IMG/VR virus record: IMGVR_UViG_3300024252_000004
Coordinates: 1-64,000 of that record
Length of the DNA stretch: 64,000 nt
Reading direction: 5' to 3' (one strand)
In this document: piece after piece, positions 51,401 to 58,095 of the stretch
How positions within the stretch are numbered: position 1 is the stretch's first letter
How the letters are laid out: every line of letters begins with the position of its first letter
Position numbers and translations under genes: made by a program
Notes under the pieces: model-generated
Seen by the model: the letters and a program-made list of their open reading frames with translations, nothing else
Told to the model about the DNA's origin: nothing
Databases searched by the model: none

Positions 51401-52073
51401 CGCAATTACCGCGAACAATGTTGATCACATTGTGAATAAGAAAATCGATTGGAAAAAGAATACATGGCACAGAGTAATGTGTACATATAAGACTGGCTCT
51501 AATGGGTACGACACAATGAAAATCTTTGTTGACGGTGAAGAGGGAGGAATCATCAGATACGGTGAGGGTTTGATTTACGGCACAGGATTCATCTATGGGC
51601 AGTACGCTCAGAGAGATGGACAATCTAAGAGTGTTGAGTACAAAATTGATCTCAACAGCGATCTTAAGCTAATTGCAATTGGCTCTGACATCTTCGGAGA
51701 TAATAACATTAGAGGAAGATTGGATAACTTAAGATTCAGCAGAGTCATCAGACCTACATCGAGAGATTCGGCAGGCAACTATGTTGACCTGGGTTATTCA
51801 AGTAATATAAACACAGTAAGGCCCGTCGTAAAAGACGACGCAACAACCTATCTGCAAGACTTTGATGCAGATGGTGAAAGGATTGATAAGTTCGCAACGA
51901 TTATCGATCCTGAAAATGGTATATTTGAATTTGACATTAATGTATTCGACAATTTCGATAGAGTAATCGGAGTTAACGATGGCGAAGTTGAGGAGCTACT
52001 TGTTGATCTTGTTAATAGGCTTAAGCCTGCTCACGCAAATGCCGTAGTAAGGTTCATTAAATCAAGATGCTAA
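42417..52073 (+). CDS. Giant baseplate wedge protein (gp7 / P2 gpI-like core) with LamG/concanavalin-like domains
   Basis: 3218 aa; ELYRDALKG...KGPTIPAF wedge motif; terminal RLKPAH motif; two sets of LamG signatures (EGTLECW / HHVAASW..LFVDG / GAIDELRI and EGTIEFW / WHRVMCTY..IFVDG / GRLDNLRFS). Confidence 0.7.
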   Translation: MALRPVAFSIPSTTELKVTFSENLSESLSSIHFEVESLSGSVRDLEVTGVTIAGSVALIKTRPQVAGNYYLLKFLDATDLNFISNKGSRLLDDSISRELFFVGIDNVNPIRDRIYRRIPDLFELEGSILKNILSAQANELFKAQKDIGSVLSNNYVSETVVDEFRTRSAGAFDRMANENVYEVVRISKKLTGESIKTDTIEFSSDVSAPRMEIMPVYPVPLQQVIIEDEEITVDSEGNSFEGYLLSLAKKNVTKILSVLLIRSDDNEDCDGDIGINYDVERYKYAITSNRYDQDYGFNLHTLESNQILLSEFGNLPRPTIYDTIIVTYAYKDLGRHILIDQIEVSRVEDAISEAVPSSATSFFLDNAPVVNSSNNVATSGALTFSVSENDGTTPDEFVTEITFNASRLPSFPGEWSCDYETGEVFVYGKTINTEGTGRNNYIVDYLYRKEFKEDLDYSISDQDLVATPDRELANKEAEIFIRYDYVFAEGTDYEMSSHIEVMPEFMENRLNTSFSVIPQHTPVTDVFRILNQTTGELYTPMYHSDSEIFFAGNRSPEIKSAEGEKANFQRVRNEELGVIGEFIAPTHTAKITSVASNNSIQFSPGIPSELISQNSNEYYFRELENDDGDYVAEDVQIKFFGDEDSGGLITSVGINVSASPPTRGSTVIIGPRAFVIHLDNEGILNKNSDALGSLVNTSFVATDKDVFENERYFEPILVNPGFSSTTSGGISQALTADKGTDFYSNLERLRVVGDYLVDYRYGIAYVAVGLEQDVNVSTAHYAYATHKTAGKNILTASSVAKKTNGPEDLTLATKVYSNYGHNVFEITIHDIEDGLTLYDGVTEAVDLNDNLAIICEVREDYTVVVPHNILAINSIFKRSDLEGVNLNASDEADRSPGYSAEDLTTATKNGGRNLCDSSFCTFTDNVIDLKKVVEKRAYMNADGDFEFTILDSDANTFVKCVRSSTQLEFFSDELNITKVDDLEVVSVALDGSEVTVYIDSSTSIADVDSDGDFVLDENGSRFTITDVDSFTSIITVASPAVNNVTAILPAVGPVTVVVKPTVTITDTGMTIIIPSDSGIANGEKFEVTYLPDGTPEILSTVAVDYRYGFHYFDYTYLNDEIVVWYEYGDNAIDWSISDALTEGEGYFITYKFGALRQALRANFGSVTDIPFFKNFPVEVNRELYRDALKGTLQAFPKGPTIPAFTELVKAFTDIEPDIDELAFGNWILGRDYVDPADIHYDGVLDFTDGKFDSGLVYNDDVVTSVPAISSLPLNEGTLECWIRPEWSGVANDATLTFDLDNLGRAKFGINAKQSPYDDGFVIYPTDGAVGGTDVTGLGTTIFNFRTDDSQASGFDQSRFGIFKELTTLTQLTPSDLRATMKIDRFGLVMDTLVTDTVPDPAIFRLASLLTLDDKREVGVELALSPVDGFEYLVSTVTMEDEEIPNFDPPYQTRKCKCFLLNTQSDLARINDLEIEIDLGSEFELDNALDDYKVITDDNSVLLVGDSAGYFYEVIKLIDHNDDEVKTIKGDFEKLIVKRIAVNNPSATTNWTDEINGTLPTGTLYLYVKTVLPTINDGDDSSLAFLSDAGFVYDWSDYTEYRVNRRPSENLVDVHIGTAKVTYFYTDFLKVQTDTNDLNGVLFAALDQSVLSEFSVLRHRGHYDNIFNLSDVYIGAAGYSPTVHPFGVNKEDSPDSPLGIPKNIETDEGIFIWFDELCTNPFSDEAGQWVMRVRADRSVLCPDDVIVNGYQDYQNVFISETVTKKVEGDIYTSGDFGSVVRSHRDETLGGCDVGEVCSATFRYCGNELLESNGWYKLEETSSDLINVVLSGTPTDRVEWVKHGDFDTSESKGIYRAGPSAHLFDCVEEESVLGNMLYTKLPCSGGDVEYTVSMKVDTYAAVSGTEVGSFSGFVSGNLTGITPIHMSDGDISVKVSLGFNSIGENLVLVIDGETDDVVDVISYVWDDSLFHEYTIIKTEASGVLNVYVDDILLSQISLSDFSEPSEFDTGSIYSQEFLALHIADADLVDSADLHAIGSNTVDVDLIFFSGSYTEGLPNLESTDIFIHTDDRIQFSFSIDELDVDGYGYGDAYDGYGDLVSIDEVFISSDRRRYIADSGIKDGDRRFSIFKDGKGFLNFRVYDESLFKGRDSTFFNVSTNIKHFVAGDLHHVAASWKLNSVDEKDEMHLFVDGQEASNIYKFGGKIPVAVNDKFSDVSKESLQNFLVRDIDFCQIFTDGTTVALSSIFTSVSATFTEDMVGRSIIVTGSSLYDTLIGQQLIIASYIDENRVTLATGSNLETVTFVASASDIEFKFAPVAGIRSDIMTDLRNNRFVIKRSDASGDIEELGGILYTVDGTTIDIIQGSNVYEPKFRANIDTRIIEFVGRDEECSYLQTVFPTDLDVHVETLGLNLENCKFIIEVPHSTYSTSGDYTSGLSVLRTRSSEPVSLDDVRITKVILPRTALEILDATEIGDNKFLTTFDVSLDEDTHKVSSESGRVIRSQNLGRLLELRFESDNVNFCDYTLDDGYQDGYQDGTTGTITIYGQTIDGIDEETFFIGRNGSYFGRKYFIEVTSVEGTLEVVDEDYFELGVIEIREANPITTSDNNGDAADILSYRNGAFTFATSGSNGGFPFELHKGYYSVDYPTFLRIGLPQVGDRLYIGSDYEEAQQFGGAIDELRIISEMSSDTRVTERDTNGTRSVTEDFNKSIPFCPDSQTTALLHFNDPIDKQLRKLRSISFLNEEDNYSFNLSRAQIEELLEYVNDGEKFVLKMINMGFDEDNAVKTFYEVHRAEGGPLWDDSKYYRTYAEYISSSSSVNNDFGYSGYFVDGNSLLKLNEAGEFRHKEGTIEFWASPVIDTTVDAERRYFVDVSSASRDRIKSTSSRVIDLPNKAKNIVSVKLISSAKRLETFYTESEKSRILFDEIARSEISGRLEGGTGSDKDFSVGAKLSANGSKVLLAESLPGQKVDVIVTYIPLDSSGDRVSVYKDENGYMTFAITANNVDHIVNKKIDWKKNTWHRVMCTYKTGSNGYDTMKIFVDGEEGGIIRYGEGLIYGTGFIYGQYAQRDGQSKSVEYKIDLNSDLKLIAIGSDIFGDNNIRGRLDNLRFSRVIRPTSRDSAGNYVDLGYSSNINTVRPVVKDDATTYLQDFDADGERIDKFATIIDPENGIFEFDINVFDNFDRVIGVNDGEVEELLVDLVNRLKPAHANAVVRFIKSRC

Positions 52074-52075
52074 CA

Positions 52076-52084
52076 CTACTAATA
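52076..52084 (+). promoter_or_regulatory. Candidate late-promoter motif CTACTAATA, copy 2
   Basis: Identical to 15840-15848; lies in the 48-nt gap before the 1516-aa gene. Confidence 0.4.
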
Positions 52085-52121
52085 ATACGACGTGATATTG
52101 AGTTGTGGATAGGAGAAATTA

Positions 52122-55100
52122 ATGGCTAAAGAAAACCGTTTGCCTACAGAAAGAATAAATTGGTTTGATGGTCAACGTGTGACTGAGACAGACTTAGACG
52201 TTGAGCAGATTTACGTTCAGAAGATTACTTCCGAGCTTGCACTTGATGCGATCGGAAGTGGTGTGGTACAGCCAGACCCCTTCGAAACAAGAGTCCTGCT
52301 TGATACAAGTAAGCCTGGAAAGTATACCGATGGCGATGACGAAAATTCCTCAAAACTTGATATTGAGGGCGGTACCTATGATGGTATGCCAATCTATTTT
52401 GACAGACAGGTATCAGACACTACGAGAGGAGTTCGACTTGAGGTCGAGCTTACTGACGTGGATGCAAAAGGGTTAGAGAAAACCAGAGTTCTTCTCTTGG
52501 GAAGGATCTTCGACGGTATTGATTCCGAAGGTGTCCTTACCGCAGAAGTACTTGACTTTGCCAGCAATGGCAAAAAGATCTCCAGCTATTACTTCAGAGA
52601 AATCATTGCAGTCTACTTCAATAACTTCTCTGGCGGTACTGGTGCAACACATTACGAATCAAGCAAAGAAAGCTTAGACCTAATCTCATTGAATAGCGGT
52701 AAGGCCGTAGTGAGAGAGGCTCCACCGCTTTGGGTTTATCCAACTCCGAGCATGTCAGAGCAAGCACAGTCACCTAACTTTGGCTTGGCTACATTCATTA
52801 CGTCTGCAACCTCCAACACTATTGAGGATGAGATCGAGGATGGCTTAGGTGCTTCTAATTCCGTTGGAGACCTATACCTTGATCTTGAAGGAAGAGAAGA
52901 GATTAAGCTTGAGGCTGATGCAAGCACGGCAATAGCTTATGGTCAGAAGTTCCTTGCAAAATGCAATAACCTTCAAAGGATCGATCTACTTCTATCTGCT
53001 GAAGAAGATGAGAGTGCAGCCTTAGGGGAAGAATACGATTGGTCTGGCGAACTTGTAATCTCAATTCATGAGCTTGCATCAGATGTTAACTGCCCAACCG
53101 ATGCCGTCCCTGATGACTTGATCGACTTCGATCCTGATATCACTCCGATTATTGAGGTGGCATTCAGCCAGGAGGATCTAGAGGAACTCGGATACTCACT
53201 TGGCGCTACACCTTCAATGGTTAGCTTTAACTTTGCTGGCACATTAATCGCAGATCCTAACATCGAACCGACAATCGAGGAGGATAAATACTATGCCTTC
53301 CTCTTGTCAAGAAGGGGCGATAATAGAACTGGAACCGTTATTCTTCAGAAGGGCTTCTCAACGAAGGCCGGAAAGGTAGAAGAGAATGTTCCCCTTACTG
53401 TATTTGAAGAATACGGAAAAGCTACTTCAAAGTTTTTCGAATTCGATCCCGTAACAAAGAGATATATAAGCGACTCTGATTCATCTATGTGGTACGTCGT
53501 ACACTGTGACTCCATTGGCGTTACAGATGGTACAGCATACTCTGATGAAGGTGTTGCCGTTACGCTACAAAAGACCGAAGAGTTTATTGGTGGCGCAGAG
53601 ATCTCCTTTATCCTTAAAAATATTCCTCTTGCTACTGTAGAAGAAGGCGAGTCAAACTATGTTGTCCTCTCCCATGTAGAAGAATTCACAACTCCTGACG
53701 TACATCCGCGAACCAATAACTTTGTGTTCAAGAGGATCAAAGATACGCTAGCCGTAACCGTAGTTGACAGCGCCGGACTTGAAGAGTTGCAAGAGGATAC
53801 TTATCCGCTATTACTGGCAAGAGTAAAAGACAAGAATGTCCGAGATGCTCAAACCATTACTGGCACATTTGACAAGCCCGGGTTCATCGATGTAACTAAG
53901 GTTATCATTGAAGACCCAAGCACCACGCTCCTGTCGGCCAATCTTATCGGAAGAGTTATCGTTCCCGACACAGACTGTAATTGCACAGCCAGATACCGAG
54001 TAGTTAAAGCTGAGTGTTTACAGGTACTTGCTGGCGATCTTGACCGAGATGGTGAGATCACTCAGAATGACGTTCTTGAGATGCTGGATGTGGTTGGCAA
54101 TACAATTAACTCAGAAGATACAGAACGTTCGATCCTCGGTGGAGAGATTGACATCATTGATTTCTTGGCTGCGGATCTTAATGCTGACGAGAGTGTCGAT
54201 GGTGATGACATCGAGCTTCTTGAGGATGCTGTCGATGGTTATGTTAACTTTACCACAGAAGAAAAACTCACCTACCTTGTGCTCCACTTAGAGAATATCC
54301 TTGAAACCCAGGACTATCCTGAGATTTATGAAGATGATGCTTCAACCGGAGAGACAACTGCTGATACAGATTCTATAGAGTTCACAGCATCGGACAGAGC
54401 TGCTCTCATCATTCGCCCAGGAGACTTGATCGAAATTGAGTCCGGTAGCGATTCGGGCACTTATGTCATCTTAACGAAAACAATCTCCTCCGACAATACC
54501 ACCGTTACTTTGACGGTAGAGAATCAGGACGGAACAGGTGTATCTTTTGCAGGAGACACAGGCTTTGATGTAACGCTAACCAGTGGAACCAAGGTCAATG
54601 TCTTCGCAGACAACACAGCCCTTGCCCAAATTCCTTTTGCGGAAAGCAGCTACGAAATCTCCTTTGTGGAATCTCCATTCTCTGCTGAGTTTTTAGACAT
54701 CTGTGATTTAAGAAGACTAGTTGGCCTGAGTTTCATTGAGGAAAAGAGTTCTTCCTGTGAGTGTGAAGAGTCAGCATGTGTTGATGAAGATGCATGTGAT
54801 CCGATTTATAAGAATCAACAGTACCTCTCTGGCGATCTTTATTTGCCAGATGGTAACATCCTTTCTGCTCCTGATACAGCTCACAGACTTGATAGTGAGT
54901 ACTCGAACATTAAGATCACCTTGCCTCCTGGCACGATCGATGACTGTGCTATAGATCTTTACAATACTTTCATTAAAGCTGAGGACGACGGTTGCAAAAC
55001 TTCCGCAGGCTATCCAGCTATGAAGTATTCAGATGGAACCTACGTTGGCTGTAGCGATGATGGCACAGATACTGACATAACTAAAGGAAGAATTAAGTTC

Positions 55101-56672
55101 TCTAAGGCAATTTGCAGCTTGTATGTAGATAGTCTTATCGACGGTTACGGTCTTGATGGATATGCTGACGAGACTGATATAGGACTCGGCGTAGAGTCAG
55201 TTGCTGAATCCTTTGTAGACAAGAGCTACACAGGCTTCTCGGACTGGACAGACGACCCAGGCAACAATACATCTATCACTAACATTGATAATCCAACTGG
55301 CGCTAACGAACCTGCTGTATTTGACATTACCACTTCTGGAGACAGCGGTGCAAGGTACGGAAGAATCGTATCTCCTGTTGACGCTCAAGATTTCGAAGGT
55401 GATTTCATTGTAGATTTCTTCGCGACCAGAACTACATGGATTGATAGCGATCTTTCTGGTGGAGAAGTATCAGCGTTTACTACGCTGACGATTACCAACA
55501 CCGATAGCTCAGTAGCTACTCTGAAACTTGGTTGGAAGCTGGTCGGTGGCAATGCAACTAAGCTGTTCTACTCTGGTGTAATTGAAGATGCCACGATGAC
55601 TGTGCTAAGCACATTCGAATATCAAATTGATGCACCTGAGTCCGTTGGCGATGAAGTTAAGTTTAGACTAAGAAGAGAAAATGATGTTGTAAAGGCTTAC
55701 TATATCGTCCCAGGGCAGCTTGACGGGACAGATCTTTCCAGCTTCGGTGGTTATGTTAGACTCGGAACGAACCCGGATATGCAGCCCGGCAAAGGAACTG
55801 TCTTAGCTGAGTATGAAATTACTCAGGACAATTCTCCATCCGCAGGTAAGTCATTCTTCGTAAGATTATCTGAGTTCAAAGTGCTATCAGCTTACTCTTC
55901 AGATGATGAAAAGACTTCCGTCAATATCGGAAGAGATGAAGCATCTGATGAAATCGAAAGAGGCACCTTCACATTCCCTGTTTCAGTTACGAGCAAGACA
56001 AACATTGTTGAAGCTTTCTTGAAATTTGAATCTGAAGTCTCTGGTGATTTTGATGATGATTTTAATGTTATTGGAATCAATGTTCTTAATACAGATAATC
56101 TGGGAGAGATCTTTAACCTCCCGCTATTGGATGATGCAGATAAGATTGTTACATTCTCCCCTGGGACACTTGCTGTGGGTGATGAGCTTGCTGTCGATGT
56201 CACGAACATCATTGTTTCTTTCATCTCAACTGCGGGTCATTTGCCTGGGCAGCTTAAGGGCTTTATGATTGAGCCTGATGCTTCAGCAGACTCTACGATT
56301 ACTGTATCAAATGTGGCTACTCTGGAGATTGGTTACGAAGATGTAACTACAGGGGTTATTTTCAAAGTGGGTACCTCGCTTGATATGAGCACAGGTATTG
56401 TTACATTGAATACAAGGAATATCTTGTACGATGCCCTTGTACCAGAAAACAGAACGGTTCTTAACTTCGGAGTATTCCTTAAGAAAGCTGGATTCATGAA
56501 TAGCGACATTGATGTTGGTATTGATGATCTCAATAGAATTGGAATTGGAACGTGTACCGATGAGACGGTGCTTGATGAAGATGATGAGTGCTTCTTCATT
56601 ACAGGTGATACAGGAACTGGCACATTTGTCCAGGGCCCGTTTCCTTGCAATTTTCACTTTCCTGCCTCTTGA
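52122..56672 (+). CDS. Baseplate-attached fibre / receptor-binding protein with dockerin-like domain
   Basis: N-terminal RINWFDGQRVTETDLDVEQIY anchor motif; duplicated Ca-binding loops GDLDRDGEITQND and ADLNADESVDGDD; Cys clusters. Confidence 0.6.
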   Translation: MAKENRLPTERINWFDGQRVTETDLDVEQIYVQKITSELALDAIGSGVVQPDPFETRVLLDTSKPGKYTDGDDENSSKLDIEGGTYDGMPIYFDRQVSDTTRGVRLEVELTDVDAKGLEKTRVLLLGRIFDGIDSEGVLTAEVLDFASNGKKISSYYFREIIAVYFNNFSGGTGATHYESSKESLDLISLNSGKAVVREAPPLWVYPTPSMSEQAQSPNFGLATFITSATSNTIEDEIEDGLGASNSVGDLYLDLEGREEIKLEADASTAIAYGQKFLAKCNNLQRIDLLLSAEEDESAALGEEYDWSGELVISIHELASDVNCPTDAVPDDLIDFDPDITPIIEVAFSQEDLEELGYSLGATPSMVSFNFAGTLIADPNIEPTIEEDKYYAFLLSRRGDNRTGTVILQKGFSTKAGKVEENVPLTVFEEYGKATSKFFEFDPVTKRYISDSDSSMWYVVHCDSIGVTDGTAYSDEGVAVTLQKTEEFIGGAEISFILKNIPLATVEEGESNYVVLSHVEEFTTPDVHPRTNNFVFKRIKDTLAVTVVDSAGLEELQEDTYPLLLARVKDKNVRDAQTITGTFDKPGFIDVTKVIIEDPSTTLLSANLIGRVIVPDTDCNCTARYRVVKAECLQVLAGDLDRDGEITQNDVLEMLDVVGNTINSEDTERSILGGEIDIIDFLAADLNADESVDGDDIELLEDAVDGYVNFTTEEKLTYLVLHLENILETQDYPEIYEDDASTGETTADTDSIEFTASDRAALIIRPGDLIEIESGSDSGTYVILTKTISSDNTTVTLTVENQDGTGVSFAGDTGFDVTLTSGTKVNVFADNTALAQIPFAESSYEISFVESPFSAEFLDICDLRRLVGLSFIEEKSSSCECEESACVDEDACDPIYKNQQYLSGDLYLPDGNILSAPDTAHRLDSEYSNIKITLPPGTIDDCAIDLYNTFIKAEDDGCKTSAGYPAMKYSDGTYVGCSDDGTDTDITKGRIKFSKAICSLYVDSLIDGYGLDGYADETDIGLGVESVAESFVDKSYTGFSDWTDDPGNNTSITNIDNPTGANEPAVFDITTSGDSGARYGRIVSPVDAQDFEGDFIVDFFATRTTWIDSDLSGGEVSAFTTLTITNTDSSVATLKLGWKLVGGNATKLFYSGVIEDATMTVLSTFEYQIDAPESVGDEVKFRLRRENDVVKAYYIVPGQLDGTDLSSFGGYVRLGTNPDMQPGKGTVLAEYEITQDNSPSAGKSFFVRLSEFKVLSAYSSDDEKTSVNIGRDEASDEIERGTFTFPVSVTSKTNIVEAFLKFESEVSGDFDDDFNVIGINVLNTDNLGEIFNLPLLDDADKIVTFSPGTLAVGDELAVDVTNIIVSFISTAGHLPGQLKGFMIEPDASADSTITVSNVATLEIGYEDVTTGVIFKVGTSLDMSTGIVTLNTRNILYDALVPENRTVLNFGVFLKKAGFMNSDIDVGIDDLNRIGIGTCTDETVLDEDDECFFITGDTGTGTFVQGPFPCNFHFPAS

Positions 56673-56770
56673 TATAAAACTCAATTGGCATCATTGATTA
56701 AGATCTTTTATCACGGGTACTAGATCCTAGACAAGGGTTAATCAAATAAGGTTTCCCTTAGGAGATGGGT

Positions 56771-56995
56771 ATGCACTGGACTGATGTAAATATGGTTGTC
56801 CTGAGGGACGATGGGACTTGGCAGGCGATCACTACGGATGCGAGCGCCTGTGGGGTCAGCACAAAAAGGGTTATCATTTTTGTGGATACCTTTGATAATA
56901 GGGTGATGGCTCAAAGGCTGACCTGCACCGATCCCTCCAGACAAATTCATATCCTTCGGGATGATAATACATTAGAGGAGCTAAAACTGTGCTGA
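56771..56995 (+). CDS. Small hypothetical protein
   Basis: SD AGGAG at 56760-56764 fits ATG 56771; overlaps the next start. Confidence 0.5.
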   Translation: MHWTDVNMVVLRDDGTWQAITTDASACGVSTKRVIIFVDTFDNRVMAQRLTCTDPSRQIHILRDDNTLEELKLC

Positions 56996-58095
56996 AAATT
57001 CGTTCACATTCTATCTTCGGCACGCACCATAGTTGGGCAGTCACGATGAGATCTTTATTCGGAGAATTCATTAAGGATGGCCACGATCCGTACATCCAGA
57101 GCATCAATAAGTATTCGTGCGTGCCTAAGGAATGGGAGCAATATTGCAGAAGAAACGTTTTGGATCCCGATCTTGACATCTCCTATACTGCTCCTATCAA
57201 TTTTCATAGCCGCTTCACAACCGACGCTAAAGTAAAAGCTGCCATCTATAATTATGAAACGATCCCTCTTCCTGAGGTTTTCGGCAAAGCTTACGAGCAT
57301 GTAGATTACGTGCTACCTTCGTCGGAATTCTCGAAAAGGGTTTTTGTTGAAGCTGGCTGGCCGGAGGAGAAGCTCGTTGTGGTTCCTCATGGTATCCACA
57401 TGGAAGACTTCAATAACAAGGATAAGCTTAAGCTTAGAAACAAAAACACATTCAGATTCCTGAACGTATCCATTGCACATTATAGGAAGAATATTCCTTT
57501 ATTGGTTCAGGCATATTACGATGCTTTTACGTCTAAAGACGATGTATGTTTGGTTATCAAGACACAGATTACTCCGACCATCGGAAAGAAAAGGAATCGT
57601 TTCGAGCAGCTTGTGGCACGAGACATTGCCCTGCTTCAAGATAAAATGATTCAAAATGGTAGAGCAGCAGACTCCCTACCTCTTATCGAACTCATTGAGG
57701 AGAAGTTTCCATCTATGGTTCCGCTATACAATTCCTGCGACGTGTTGGTCTCAGCTACCTCGGCAGAGGGTTTTGGCATTCCATTGCTGGAAGGGCTCGC
57801 AGCTAACATGCTTGTCATTGCGCCAAGATGCACAGGGCAGCTTGATTTCCTGAATGATAATAATTCTCTGCTTGTTGACGTAGCAACGATGAAGGCTTCT
57901 CCTCAGTACCAGTATTGGACAGTGACAGATAAGGCATGGACTTATATTCCGATTAAGAAATCCTTATCCATGCAGATGAGAAATGCTTTTGAGAATGATA
58001 AAAAGCTTCGGAAGAAGTTCAAAAAAGGACGTGCCGAAACGCTTGAGCAATTCACATGGGAGAACGCAGCAAAGCAAATTTTGGAGCTGGTATGA
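56989..58095 (+). CDS. GT-B fold glycosyltransferase, GT4-like
   Basis: AEGFGIPLLEGLA (ExFGxxxxE); RKNIPLLVQAYYDAF...VCLVIKT; GTG start with SD GAGGAG. Confidence 0.9.
   Translation: MLKIRSHSIFGTHHSWAVTMRSLFGEFIKDGHDPYIQSINKYSCVPKEWEQYCRRNVLDPDLDISYTAPINFHSRFTTDAKVKAAIYNYETIPLPEVFGKAYEHVDYVLPSSEFSKRVFVEAGWPEEKLVVVPHGIHMEDFNNKDKLKLRNKNTFRFLNVSIAHYRKNIPLLVQAYYDAFTSKDDVCLVIKTQITPTIGKKRNRFEQLVARDIALLQDKMIQNGRAADSLPLIELIEEKFPSMVPLYNSCDVLVSATSAEGFGIPLLEGLAANMLVIAPRCTGQLDFLNDNNSLLVDVATMKASPQYQYWTVTDKAWTYIPIKKSLSMQMRNAFENDKKLRKKFKKGRAETLEQFTWENAAKQILELV

Noticed and set aside
52071-52124. In-frame junction between the giant wedge and fibre genes
   Set aside because: Several additional in-frame stops lie in the 48-nt gap.
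15018-56672. Interpretation as a bacterial eCIS, tailocin or T6SS locus
   Set aside because: Neck/adaptor-like genes, a G/GT frameshifted chaperone, a homing endonuclease and phage-like gene packing favour a virus. No Afp15-type ATPase or host genes are seen. Capsid genes are outside the window, so this is not fully excluded.
56673-56770. Sigma70 promoter or terminator between the fibre gene and the GT cluster
   Set aside because: Candidate -35 boxes (TTGGCA, TTGATT, TAGACA) lack a well-spaced -10, and the short inverted repeats have no T-tract.
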